From the NCBI RefSeq assembly GCF_009914755.1, contig NC_060926.1: 64,000 nt of DNA. The stretch is one strand, 5' to 3'. The DNA is from the human T2T-CHM13v2.0 reference genome, Homo sapiens. The notes beneath the pieces were generated by a model. The model was not told the DNA's origin. It saw only the letters and a program-made list of their open reading frames with translations, and made no database searches. This document shows, in pieces, positions 14,325-27,634 of this stretch (positions are counted from its first letter, which is position 1; the number at the start of each line of letters is the position of its first letter). Both the position numbers and the translations under genes were made by a program.

Positions 14325-16590
14325 TATCTAAATTATCAAATTTGTCCATAATCCCAGATGGCATTCTTAGTTCTTAAGTCTGCTCTGTCTGCAACTGACA
14401 GAGCTACTCCCACTTTATTTTGATTAGAGATAGTATGGTATATCTTTCTCCATCCTTTACTTTTCCTCTATAGAGTTCCTTAGATTTAAAGTGAGTTTCT
14501 TTTAGAAAGTATATAATTGGGTCTTATTTTTTGATGCACTCTAAAAATCTCTGTCTTTTAATTCACATATATTAATTATTGATACAGTTGGATTAATATC
14601 TACTATATTTGTTACTGGTTTCTATTTGTTGCCTTTATTCTTTGTTTCTATTTTGTTGTTCACACTTTGTCTGTTTTTTTTGGTTAAACATTGTGCACTT
14701 TATATAATTCCTTTTTTCTTCTTTTTTATCTTCTTTTCACATCAATTATACTTCTAAAGTCCACTTTAGAAATAACACTGTACTGCTTCACAATTAGCAT
14801 AAGTATCTTACATTCACAAAATATTCCGAATTCTTCTCATTTCTTATATCATTGCTGTCTTTCATTTCACTTGTACAAAAGCATACATAAGCTGTCAACA
14901 GTTTAAATATTTTACTACAATAATTGCTTGCATAGTTTCTGAGAAGTTGGATGTAATTCTTATCTTTGCTCCTCTATAGGTATTTTTTCCCCCAGCTTTG
15001 TTCAAATTTTTTTAATCTTTGATTTTCTGAAGCTTGAATATGCTGTACTTAGGTGTAGGTTTTTTAGTATTTATGCTGCTTGGTATTCTCTGAGCTTTCT
15101 AGATCTGTGATTTGGTGTCTGACATTATTTTGGGAAAACTTTTAGTCATTATGGCTTTAAATATTTCTTCTGTACATTTCTATCTTCTACATGTGGTATT
15201 CTCAATATGTGTACGTTACACTATTTGTAACTCTGGAACTAGTTGTTCCAGAGTTCTTGAGTATTCTGTTCTCAGGGGTTTTTTGTTTTTTTGTTTGTTA
15301 GTTCTTAGTTTTTTTTTCTCTTAGTTTTTTTTTTTCTCTTTGCTTTTCAATTTTGGAAGTTTCTATTATTATATTCTCAAAGTCAGAGACTTTTTCCTCA
15401 TCTCCTCCAGTCTACTAATGAGCCTATCAAAGGTATTCTTCATTTCTTTTACAGTGTTTCCATCTCCAGCATTTCTATTTGATACTTTCTTAGAATTTTT
15501 CCATCTACTTACATTTATCTACCTGTTCTTACATGTTGTCTCCTTTTTTCGTCAAAACCCTCAGCATATTAACTGTAAGATTTGTTTAAATTAAATGAAA
15601 TTAAATTAGATTTATTTTAAGTTTCTGCTCTGATAATTCTAATATTCCTGCCAAATCTGACACTGTTCTAACACTTATTTAGCTTTCTCAAACTGTGTGG
15701 GGCTTGTTTTTGTTTTGTTTTGCCTTTCAGTATGCCTTCTAGTTTTTGCTGGAAGATAAATATGATGTACTCGGTAATTTTAAAAAAAGGCAGTAAATTG
15801 GTCTTTAGTAATGCAGTTGTAATGTGGGGACAGGAGGAAGAAAGCAATCTGTAGTCTTATTATTAGGTCTTAGTCTTTTGGTGAGTTTGTGCTCCTGGCC
15901 TATGGATTTCACCAGTGCTTCTTTATTCCCTCCCATCCCACTTAGGTGGGACAAGATAAGTAAAAGGGCTGGATTTTGGGTATTTCTCTTCCTCCGCTTA
16001 GTAGGCTAGAGGTAACTAAAGTAGGGTGTTTTACTTGCCCTGGGTGGGTTAGACTCTGGTAAAGCTCTAGCAGATTAAGGCTCTGATAAAAACAGTTTCT
16101 CCTGAGGGAAGGCCTTCTTAAGAAGAACAGAGTGCTCTAGTATATTTCAAAGGGGTTACTTCTCCCCTCTTCTGCTCAAAGCAGGAGGGGATTTTTCTCT
16201 GATATTCACTGTGATGAGCTGGTATAACTCCTGGAAATAAACCCACAAAAGCATTAGGGTTCCCTATAACTGAGTCCCCCTGGAGATTTTAACTCTCAGA
16301 CTTGTCCATCCTGAGCCTCCAGCAGTTGCCCCATTACCATTTAGGTTTCCTTACTATGATAACTGGTTCCTGTGGGGACACCTGCTCTGATAAGTGGTGT
16401 TTTTTTGTGTATGTCTGTCTACCTACCTGTTCCTTCAATTTTGGGCACAGTGGTTTGCCCCGTGATCTTACTTCTCCGAAATACCTAAAAAGCTTTATTG
16501 ACTTTAAAAAAAATATTTAGCTTTTCATTTGTTGTCAGGATCATGTGGTGATTTCTAAGCTCCTTGAAGGACAGACCAAAATTAGAAGAA
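14325..16590 (-). mobile_element. L1M 5' part (L1MDa/L1MCa-type 5'UTR, ORF1, start of ORF2)
   Basis: Antisense 5'UTR motifs gagtccccctggagattttaactctcagacttgtcc, homologous to 38520-39375 on the + strand. Confidence 0.75.
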
Positions 16591-17102
16591 TTTGCCCATT
16601 CTTTTTAAGTTGCTGAATAAGTTTTTACGGCAGGGATATACCACAGTTGGCTTAGCCATTTGCCTTTTAAAGGAGTTTTGGTTGTTTTCAGTTTTGGGTT
16701 ATTAAAAATAAAGCTGCTATGAACATTCTTGTACAGGTTTTGTTTAGGTGTTTGTTTTGAATAAGAGCCATGTGACAGCTAGGTATATGGCATGTACATG
16801 TTTTTGTTAAATTTTAAAGAAAATGTCAAACTATTTTGAGAATGAGTATATCATTTTACACTTCCACCAGCAATGTATACAAGATCTAGGTTGTCATCCT
16901 CATCAGAATTTAATATTGTCACATTTTAAAAATATATTTTATCTACTCTAGTAGGTGTGTAGTAATATGTCATTGTAGTCTTAATTTCCATTTCCCTACT
17001 GGCTACTGGTGTTGAACATCTTTTCATATGGTCATTTACCATTCACATATCCTTTTTGTGAAATATGTGTTTATATCTTTTGGCCATTTTGTATTTGGAT
17101 CT

Positions 17103-18669
17103 CTTTAAAGCAACAGCAGTTAAAAAAGACAAAAAGGATCACTATGTAATGATAAAAGGCCTTTTCCAACAGAAAAATATCACAATCCTAAATAATATAC
17201 ACCTAACACTGGACCTCCCAAATTTATATTACAATTACTAATGGACCTAACAAATGAGACAGACAGCAACACAATAATAGTTGGGGACTTCAGTACTCCA
17301 CTGACAGCACTAGACAGGTCATCAAGACAGAAAGTCACCAAATAAACTATGTATTTAAACTATACCCTGGAACAAATGGACTTAACAGATATTTACAGAA
17401 CATTCCACCCAACAACCACAGAATATACATTCTATTCAACAGCGCATGGAACTTTATCCAAGATAGACCTTATGATGGGCCACAAAATGAGCCTCAGTAA
17501 ATTCAAGAAAATTGAAATTACATCAAGCACTCTCTCAGACTACAGTGAAATGAAACTGATGGTCAACTCCAAAAGGAACCTTCAAAGCCATACAAATACA
17601 TGGAAATTAAATAAGTGAAATCAAGATGGAAATTTAAAAATTATTCAAACTGAATGACTACAGTGACACAACCTATCAAAACCTGTGGGATACAGCAAAG
17701 GCAGTGCTAAGAGGAAAGTTCATAGCCATAAACACCTACATTGAAAAGTCTGAAAGAGGACAAACAGACAATCTAAGGTCACACCTAAAGGAGCTAGAGA
17801 AACAAGTACCAACCACACCCAAACCCAGCAGAAGAAAGGAAATAACCAAGATCAGAGTGGAACTAAATGAAACTGAAACAACAAAAAAACACAAAAGATA
17901 AGTGAAACAAAAGGCTGCTTCTTTGAAAAGATAAATAAAATTGATAGACCACTGGTAAGATTAACCAAGAAAAGAAGACAGAAAATCCAAATAAGCTCAA
18001 TTAGAAACGAGATGGAAGATATTACAACTGACACCATAGAAATACAAAAGAAACAAGGCTACTATGAACACTTTTATGCACATAAACTAGAAAACCTAGA
18101 GGAGATGGATAAATTACTGAAAAGATACATTTTTCCTAGCTTAAATCAGGAAGAACTAGATACTCTGAACAGACCATTAACAAGCAACGAGTTTGAAATG
18201 GAAATAAAAAAATTACCAACAACAAAAAAAGTCCAGGACCAGATGGATTCACAGCAGAATTCTACCAGACATTCAAATAATTTGTACCAATCCTACTGAC
18301 ACTATTCCACCAGACATACAAAGAGGGAACCCTCCTCAAATTATTCTATGAATCCAGTATCAACCTAATATCAAAACCAAGAAAGGACATAACCAAAAAG
18401 AAAACTACAGACCAATATCCCTGATGAACATAGATGCTGAAATTCTTAACAAAATGCTAGCTAATGAAATCCAACAACATATCAAAAAGATAAGCTACCA
18501 GGATCAAGTGGGTTTCAAACCAGGGATGCAGGGATGATTTAACATACACAAGTCAATAATTGTGATACACCACATGAAAATTACATGATCATCTCAATAG
18601 ATGCAGAAAAAGCATTTGACAAAATCCAGCATCCCTTTGTGATTAAAACCCTCAGCAAAATCGGCATAC
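17103..18669 (+). mobile_element. L1PB-type internal ORF2 fragment (EN to RT start), both ends truncated
   Basis: Peptides [44 protein letters not shown]; no polyA and no TSD. Confidence 0.9.
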
Positions 18670-21504
18670 TGTTCAGTTTTGAGAGTACGTTATAATGTCT
18701 ACATACAAGTCTTTTGTCAGATGTGGCTTGAAAATATATCTTCTAGGTCTATAACTCATCTTTGTATCATCTTAACAAAGTTTTACATAGAGTTAAAATT
18801 TCTGGTTTTTATGAAGTCTCATTTATCAATTTTTTTCAAGGATTAAGCTTTTGGTTTAATGTCTAAAAACTCTTTACCAAGCCCTATATCCCAAGGATTT
18901 TTCTATTTTTTTCTAAAAGATTTACAGTAGTTTTACATTTAAATCTCTTATTAATTTGGTATTAATTTTTGTATAAAGTATTGGGTTTATGTTGATGCAT
19001 TTTCTTGGCTGTGTGTATCCAGTTGCTTCAGGACTATCTGTTGAAAAGGCTACCTTCCTTCACTGAATTGCACTAGTACTTTTGTTAAAAATCAGCTGGC
19101 TGGAGGTATAGTTGTCTCGGTCTTTTACTTGGCTATCTGTTCTGTTTCATCAATCAATGTCAATTCCTTTGCCATTAACCCTTAGTCTTGAATACAGTAG
19201 CTATATAATTAAATAAAATTGGGGAATGTAATTCCTCCCATTGTGTTCTTTTCCATACTGTTTTAGCTATTCTATTTCCTTTCCTTTTTCATATAAGTTT
19301 AGGGTAAGATTGTCTGTATGTAAAATAAAAAGCTGAGGTTTTTACAGGAATTGCTGTGAAACCTTAGACCAATTAAGAATGTTTATAACCTTATTCTCAA
19401 AAAATGTATTAATTTATTCATTTAAAATATTTAATAAATGACTGTATTCTTCAAGTAAAGTTCTAAGCCCAGGGAATGCAGAAAAAGGGATAATCACAAG
19501 GCATGCTGTTTGTTATTAATTTTATATTTATTAAGCTTCTAAAATAATTATTCTACCTGGGACCTCAGTGCACACATGTAAGCAACTTTTTAATGATGAA
19601 TGATTGAGATAAAGAATGTGACACCTTACATACAAAACTGGTAGAGAATCATGCTAGAATCCTACTAATTTGCACATCCCAGGTGCACCCGACCCTTACA
19701 GAAGCAAAGGTAAAATAAAAATGGAAGAATATTTGATGGAGGGAGAAAATATGTAGGAAAGAAATGTAAATAATTTATTCAAAATGCATATGTTTTAATC
19801 TGGGAATGATTAAAATGCACAAAATAAATTTGAGTATTAATAAATAATAAAATGTAAGTAATGCTTGTGTTATGGGAGAAATTAACAGAGTGATGTGATA
19901 GTTAATAACAAGCAGACGACAATACTTTAGGTAGACTGTCAGAAACCTGAAAGTTGAAAAGGAAGAAGTAGAATGTGTTACAGAACAGAACTTGTTATCT
20001 GAGCATTTAAAAATCCTGTGTTCCAGGAACATAATTTGAAAAGAAAAGAGGTATATTGGGTGAAATTTGGGAGGTAAGAAAGAGCCAGATGAAATTCTCA
20101 GATTAATTATATGTATTAGTAGTGATAACAAACATTATTTCAAGTCATTGAATGTAGTAGATATTATCCTACTGCATCTTTAAATATGTTGATTGCTTTG
20201 AGGATGAGTTGTATATTTCTTATAAATGTTAGTATTAAAAGAAACTACCTTTTCTTATTTTGTAGAGACATAATAATTCATTCTAAACAATGGATCTTAA
20301 GTTTTTTCTCACCTAATTCAAATCTACATTGGAGATTTGTATTTATTTCTCTTTTTAATCTACTAATATATAAACTTTCATGTAGTTGCAAATACACACA
20401 TTTATAATTGTGTCCCTCTCTCCATATATAGAGAGACACAGAGACATATTCTTAGACTTCCCTGAAATGCAATACTCTTTACTGGGCTACATTTTTCTAA
20501 ATTCACATTCCTAGATAGCTGTTTTGACCTTTCTATGGAGTGATGTCTTTATATTCTTCCTCTGCTACTTTTATGTTTCTTAAATGTCACAATATCAATT
20601 GTTTTTAAGATCTTATTCTCTCTTATATTAATATTGCTTGATATTTCAAAGGCTTTCATTGTTATAAAATCTTCCTGTATTACAAAACTATCAATGTTGG
20701 ATTTTTATTTTTCCTTACTGGATTATGTTGGAAGCAAATCTCTTAGTTTAATGCATTTCTTTATTCTCTTTTGCACTATATATATGTATGGCTCTGTATA
20801 AATGATAAATAATAACTCTCAAGCCAAACTACTCAACTTCCTTAATGACTATTTGGACCTCCCTCAAGAGGATACATAATATCTTTCCTTGATAGTGGTG
20901 GGAGTAAAAGGTAAAAGAAAATTAACCTTAATACTATTTTAAGATTGTATTGATGAGCATCTAGAGATAATAGGTTTACTAAAAAAGAATTTCTAGAAAA
21001 ACCTGATTAAGGCTTTAAAAGGAAATATTTCACAAATATATTTTAATTATTGTACTGTGCAATACATGTATATTGTACCATTTTTCTAAAATCAGATTGA
21101 GTATGTCATTTACAACTTCCTTTTAAAGGGGAAAGACCAAGTTTAACAAGATAGGTGATATCATCTTGTCTTTTGCTATCTTTTGAGTAATTTGAACCTT
21201 AATAGACCTCTGACGCACAACTATAGCCTAATAAATGGCGTAAGATGTAAAGCCTAAGAGAGTAGAAGATGTCACATGAAATTTGAATTTGAATCCTTTA
21301 GGATTCTCGAAAAAAAAGTTTTACAGAAGATAACACAGGATCATGCTCAAAGTAATTTGTAACAATTAGCAGAAATCTGTGTTTTTTTTTAATATGATGA
21401 GAACCTCACCTAATCTCTCACATGTTCTATGAAAAGTCCAACTTCCAGCAATAATATTAACATCTAAAAGACAAGTAAATACACACAAGTTATACTAATG
21501 GAAA

Positions 21505-21630
21505 ATTTCTAGTTTAATATTGTACTATATTTAAGACATAACCAGTGAGGAAAAATTGAATGACGGGTACATCTCCGTACTATTTTTGAAATTCTCTGTG
21601 TTTTGTAATTACTTCAAAATCAAAGTCAGA
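21505..21630 (+). mobile_element. Old L1M 3' terminal fragment
   Basis: gggtacatctccgtactatttttgaaattctctgtg...aattacttcaaaat. Confidence 0.55.
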
Positions 21631-23319
21631 AGAGAAAAATATATTCTACTTTTCATTAAGTATACTGAGTTTATTATTCAAGAACATCAATTCCTGCGTA
21701 TCTTTATGACATTTGTTATCTAACTTGTCTATAAAACTATTACAATTTCTACTTTAGTTAAGTTTTTTTTTAAAAACTAAATCTTGGGGAACTTTAAAGT
21801 ATATTATTTACTCATACATAACAAAGATATAGGTAATTATCTTTCTTACAGGAAAAAAACTAAAACCTTAATTGTCTTAAAAGCATTTAAATGTCTCTCT
21901 CATAATAATCTTACTAATGGACTATTATGCAATTTAGTATGGATCCCATAAACTACAAAATTTATAAGGCACCTCTATCAGTCTTCTCTGTCTTTGCTCC
22001 TTATGGTTCTAACAGAAAGATACTATTGAACAGATTTATTAAGTGCTAACATATTGCATCTTTATATTTTGCCATTATTAATAATTTATTTTAGAATCTT
22101 TCCAAAAACTAAAATTTTGTGTAAACTTCAGATAACCTCCAATATATAACTATATAACACACATGCATATATGTGCACACACACACACACACATATTCAA
22201 TTTATTCCTCTAACAACTTTAGACTAATTCACAATGCAAGAGATCTGTATATGTAACACTATATCCAAACAAACGCATTCCTTCATTTAATTCCTAGTTT
22301 CCAAATGTGATTAGTGATGACAATCAGTGATATCATATGAATCTCTTTAAAGAAAACGTGGGACTTTGTAAATCCAAACATGCTTTATTAGATAATAATT
22401 TCAAGTGAAGCATGATAATTATAGTGTACATTCAATTACAAAAATGCATATTTCTAAATAAAATAATCAATTTATGTAATTTAAACTTTACTATCTTCCT
22501 AGGTATAATAGTAGCCAAAAAGTTGTTACGTAATATTTATGGAAAATAAAGATATAGAATGAAGCATTTCTATGAACTTTAATTCTTTTGGGACTGGATT
22601 GGTAATAATAATAAAAAATAATAGCCAACATTTTAAACATTTTTTAAATGTCAAGAACACTAGCAAATATTTAACTTGCAAGAACTCATGTTGTTCTTTC
22701 CTTATTCCCCTAAAGCAGATATTATTGAAGTTATTTTTTACAAATGGAGATATTATTGACATGGGAGAGGAAATATCCTATTTTTTGTTTATGTTTAGCT
22801 ACAATAAATAATTGATACCAGATATTGCATGTCAATATTTGTGATCAAATATTGTATATCGAAATACTGCTTTGTTACAAAATAAAAGTTTTTATTCATG
22901 TAAAAAACAGGAAATCGAACACTAAGTACAGAATTTCAAGAGCTTAGAAATGGCAAAAGGTTGTCTATCAATCAGCTACATGTATATGTAGAGAGACCCA
23001 ATCTTAAATACTTTTCCTAAATATTATAGATGAGTGATTTTAAGTAAATATGTCAATCCTGAATTATTATTTTTTACCAAATGATTATTCTACCTCTCTT
23101 CCATCCTTACAAAATTACTCTGTAACCAGAATTTTTTTAAAACACCATACAGAGTTTCTTACCAAATAAGTAAGTTAATTAATTAAAACAAAACACCCTA
23201 TTCACCATCGTGTTAAATGTACAAAGTAGATCTGAGTTTCAAATTTTACATGACAGAAAAAAGTCACCATTTTTGTGCCTAAACAAGTCAAATGCATTAA
23301 TTAAAATTGAAACATATAT

Positions 23320-24270
23320 TTTATTCAATCATTCGGACTCTCAAATTTTCAATTTCTCACTAGTGCCATTCACTTGTCTAAGTGCTGGGGATATATCAAC
23401 AAACAAATAAGACCAAAATTGTGTGCCCCCATGTAGCCTGCATTCTTCTGGAGCAAGGCAGACAGGACAAATAATAAAATTGAAAAGTATATTAGCAGGT
23501 GCTAACTTAGACGGAGAAAAGCCAAAGCAGATCAAGGTAAGAAGAACTATGAGTGCAGGGGAAATTCATTGAAATATTTAATGTTTGGTCAGAGTCAATC
23601 ACATCAAAAGGGTGCATTTGAGAAAATACAGAAGGATATGGACAAGTTAGCCAAACAAATATCTAAGGGAACAGCACTGCAGGAAGAGAGAACAGATACG
23701 GCAAACGTCTAAATGAGGAAGTGTGCTGGGTTCGTTTGAGATAGAGCAAGGAGGCTGGTGTGCCAGAGCAGGGAGCACAAAGCTTAATACAGATGTGATA
23801 GCAAATTAAAGGTAAACCAGATTATGTAGGGTCTTACAAGGCATTTTAAGGACATTTACATTTAAGTATAAAATAAATGGGGAGTCACTTCAGGATTGTG
23901 AATAGAAGGGTGGCAAGATACATTTAGATTTAACAGGATTAATCCAGCTGCTCTGTTGAGACTAGACTGGGTGTAGAGTGGGGTGCGGGGTTGGGGTAGA
24001 GTGGACAAGAGAGACTCATTTGAATATGCTTGCATTAATCCAGTTGAGAGATGTTGGTATCTAAGACCAATGGAGGGAATAAGATGTGGTCAGAAAGCTG
24101 ATATATTTTGAAGGCAAGGTAACAGGATTTTTTGATAGATTGGAAGTGTGAGGTGACAGAATAGTCAGTATGATTCTGTGGTTTGGGAGAGACAGGTGGC
24201 AAAAGTATGTGAAGGAGGAGCAAGTGAACTGTGTCAAATGCTGAAGGTTAAGATTAGAAAATAGCATGAG
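23320..24270 (-). mobile_element. L2a 3' region
   Basis: ttattcaatcattc...ctaagtgctggggatatatcaacaaacaaataagac...gagcaaggaggctggtgtgccagagc. Confidence 0.75.
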
Positions 24271-24328
24271 AACAGCTAGTTGCAAGTAGTCATATGTTGC
24301 TTAATCTTAACATTCATTCTTTTAAGTG

Positions 24329-24442
24329 TTTTTTTTTTTTTTTTTTTTTTGACGGAGTCTCGCTCTGTCGTCCAGGCTGGAGTGCAGTGGTGCGATCTCA
24401 GCTCACTGCAGCCTCGGTCTCCTGGGTTCTGTGTGCCCAGCC
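24329..24442 (-). mobile_element. Alu (S/Y-like) with a large internal deletion
   Basis: polyT, ~80 bp of the Alu 3' end, then gtgcccagcc (Alu 5' terminus); TSD tcttttaag at 24318-24326 and 24443-24451. Confidence 0.9.
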
Positions 24443-26099
24443 TCTTTTAAGCTTTTAAGTTATTTTAATTAATTATTTTAAGTTTTCTATTTTGAAAAAA
24501 ATCAGGCTTTAAGCATGAGTACTGATTTTAGAGAATATTTCGTCCAACATTGTGGTATTTTTAGCACAATTTAAAAAATATTTTTAATGGCATGATGATG
24601 CACAAACAAATTTTTATTTGGATTTTTCTTCAAAATCCAAATAAAAGCTATTTATTTTGGAACATGAATAATGGTATCTAGAATCAGTTATTTTCATGAG
24701 ATATAGAAGGTATAAATGATAATGTTATTGCAACAAGACACCTACTTGAATTAGATAATTTACAATATTTGTTTTTATATAAAATAAGTGTATTACATTT
24801 TACTTTTATCATATACAGAACTTTTTATATTAAATATCATAGTTATAATACAATATCTCTCTTCTCAGATTAATACAGTAGGACCTATCCCCACAAAAAA
24901 TATACAAAATTGGAACCAAATTGTGTTGAAAAATACTCCTTCTATTAAAATATCCTTTCTATTAAACTTTTAATAAAGGTCAACTGGATAATGAGGCAAA
25001 TATAATTATAGTGGAGCCACTAAACTAATAATATTTCAATTCCAAAAGTAATAATTAGAGGAAAATTTAATGTAAGGCTTATTATTAGAAAGAATTCTTA
25101 TTTTGGGAACTGTAATACACACATTTAAAAAAAGACTTAAAAACATCAAATGACTGACAGAGTAATTACGAAAAATGTAGTTAGATTTGAATGCATACAT
25201 TATGCTGCAGGTGTGAATTTCAGAGCGTACTGGGATTATTAAAATGACATTCCTTTTTGAAGTTAGTAAAGAAAGGCTCTTGAACTTGACAAAAATGTTT
25301 GTCAACATATAAAAAATAGTACAGAGCTGTAAAGTACAATTACATTCTCCTCTTTTCAAGCAAGTATGGTTTCAATATGTTTGTCAAGTACTATACTTTG
25401 CTCGTCTCACCCACGGTATCAATCACTTCAAGGTTTACTTTGAAGTTATATTCAGATGATAGCAGAGACTGGTTAATATCCATGCAACAATAGTAACCTC
25501 TTTCCTTTTAGCCATACAAACCATGATGATTTTAGAGGAGAGAAAAAATGGTAGAGTATTCTAACCAACCAATTTGCATATTCTCCTTGCAAAAGTAGAA
25601 CATTTTCAATATACAATATTTTATGCTTATTGTGTTAATCTTGAATTTCAGGGGAAGAAATGCTTGTTTTAATGCTATACCTCAGAGAGCCTGTGCTCAG
25701 TCTTTTCCTTGTTAAAGCTTTTGCTAGTATTTGTTGGTGATGTTGCTGTTGTCCCTTTGTTCTGGGCCTTTTGTTAATCCACAGGACTTTTGTCCTCCAC
25801 AGAATAACCTTTTAATTGATACCAATATCTTAGATTAAGCTCATTTCATAGGTCAAAGTAACATTTGTAATCCATTCTTAGGCATTATATTTCATATGCA
25901 TTTTTAAACACATAATTGGATTTTAAAATTGAGTTAAATTGAAGAGACAGGCACTAGGAAATTCTTATTCTATCTCTATATCTGCATGCCTCAATGACAA
26001 AAATTACTAAACACTTTTTCTCTCCGTGAATTGCTTCTTAACTGCCTCTATAAAGTGATAGAGAGACAGAGACAGACATAATGGAAGCCACAATCTCAT

Positions 26100-26400
26100 G
26101 TCTCATCTGGGACCTTGCACAACCAGTCACTCTCTTTCTCTTTCATCTTCAATCTCTCACTTCTTTATCGACCACTTATGAAAATATGTAATATAAATTA
26201 CTTCTAACCCTCATTTTTTCTTCAAAACATCACTGTTTTCTTTCATTTCTTCACTAATAAAGCATATGGCATGGGTGTATATGGTCTCACTTCTCATTAC
26301 CTCCTTAAACCAACCCATTTATTTGGTTTAAGGAGGTAATGAAACATCTGAAAATGTTTCTTAATAAATTACTAATAACTATTTGCTTGATGTATCTAAC
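26100..26400 (+). mobile_element. L2 fragment
   Basis: Pyrimidine-rich L2-like sequence (catcttcaatctctcactt..., ctgaaaatgtttcttaataaattactaataac); diverged. Confidence 0.4.
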
Positions 26401-26439
26401 ATGCCTGAATTAAATTTAAATTTAATGTTATATAAATAG

Positions 26440-27190
26440 TGAAGTGAGAATGTGATCTACACTTTGACCTGATAATGGCTGCTCTGTGAAAAATGATCTA
26501 TTAGGGAAAGGAGCAAGACTAGGAGCAAGGCAACTAATGAGGAGACTTGTAGTATTACAGGAGTGAGTGATAGTATCTTTCACTTGGGTATTAGGATATT
26601 ATTATTTTTTAAAAATTAGATTTATGTTGTATTTTGAAAAATGTATAGACATGATTTACTAATAGACTGGATGAAGAGTATGAGACAAAAGGGAAAATCA
26701 AGGTTTTTTTTTCAGAAATGTATGTGTAAATGTTAAACTGACTAGATATAAGTGAAATGCAGGAGTAAGGCAGTAAAAATGTAGACACGGAGTCACTAAA
26801 CAAAAATATATTAAGAAATGAGACTGAACTTACCTAAGGGGAGGTTGCAATAGGTTTGGCAAGATGTACGTCATCACTATTTTTGATAAGCCCTGTTTTA
26901 GGAGAGAAAATAGGATAAAGCTCAATTAGAGTTGATTAAGAAGATTATGAGAAGAGAGAAGTTGGTGACAGCAAGATATATAGGTAGAAATAAGTGTATG
27001 ATAGATAAGGTTTTTGTTCTATTGAAGGAAGGAAGGACATAAAAAGTGAATAAATACTTTTAAATTGTGGTAAATGCTATTAAGAAAAGAAAACATAGTG
27101 GAAAATAACTGAAGAAAATTAGCATTTTGTGATGGGAGCATTGATGAAGAAGTGACATTTCAGCTGGCAACGGATTGGGCAAGAAAGTGG
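26440..27190 (-). mobile_element. L2 fragments
   Basis: ggctgctctgtgaaaaatgatctattaggg...gagcaagactaggagcaagg...aggagtgagtgatagt. Confidence 0.55.
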
Positions 27191-27634
27191 AGACCTGGTC
27201 CATATGTTTCTTTGGTTACTCTGCCAGCTATTTTCTGTGTATTCCTGGGAATAATTTTAAGCATGCCCAAGATTCTGGGGATCAGCATTTTGTTTGGGAA
27301 GGATCAACATACTTGCTTAAATCAGCCTTGCCTAAATTTAAGAAGAAAATCTTTAATTTTTTTTCTCACATAACTACTAGAATAACATCGATTTGGAAAA
27401 TCATTATGGTAATTTATTTTCCTCTTAAATATTAAAGCATTTAAAAGAAAAATAGCATCACCACTAAAGACAGAAATTATTTTAATTTTATAGGAAGAAA
27501 GATCAAGGAGCATCTCCAGTTCAAATGATAAAAATAGGGTTTGATATTTGCAAGGACACAGCATATTATTAAGTTAGGATACTACTTGCTCCTACAAAGG
27601 TAAAAAAAAAATGCTTTATTTAAAAACACACACA

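Larger units (their letters stand above)
12275..19380 (-). mobile_element. L1MD/L1MC-type host element (3'UTR + ORF2 3' part) in pieces 12275-12755, 16591-17100, 18670-19380
   Basis: The antisense L1M sequence reads colinearly across the inserted blocks. Confidence 0.75.

Noticed and set aside
15900-16590. Inverted similarity to 38520-39100 as a segmental duplication
   Set aside because: Explained by two independent, strongly diverged copies of the same L1M 5'UTR family.
19775-20131. 118-aa hydrophobic ORF, and similar ORFs at 25036..25359 and 40375..40758
   Set aside because: F/L/I-rich composition is expected from AT-rich DNA; no splice structure or recognisable homology; the last spans an L1/Tigger1 junction.
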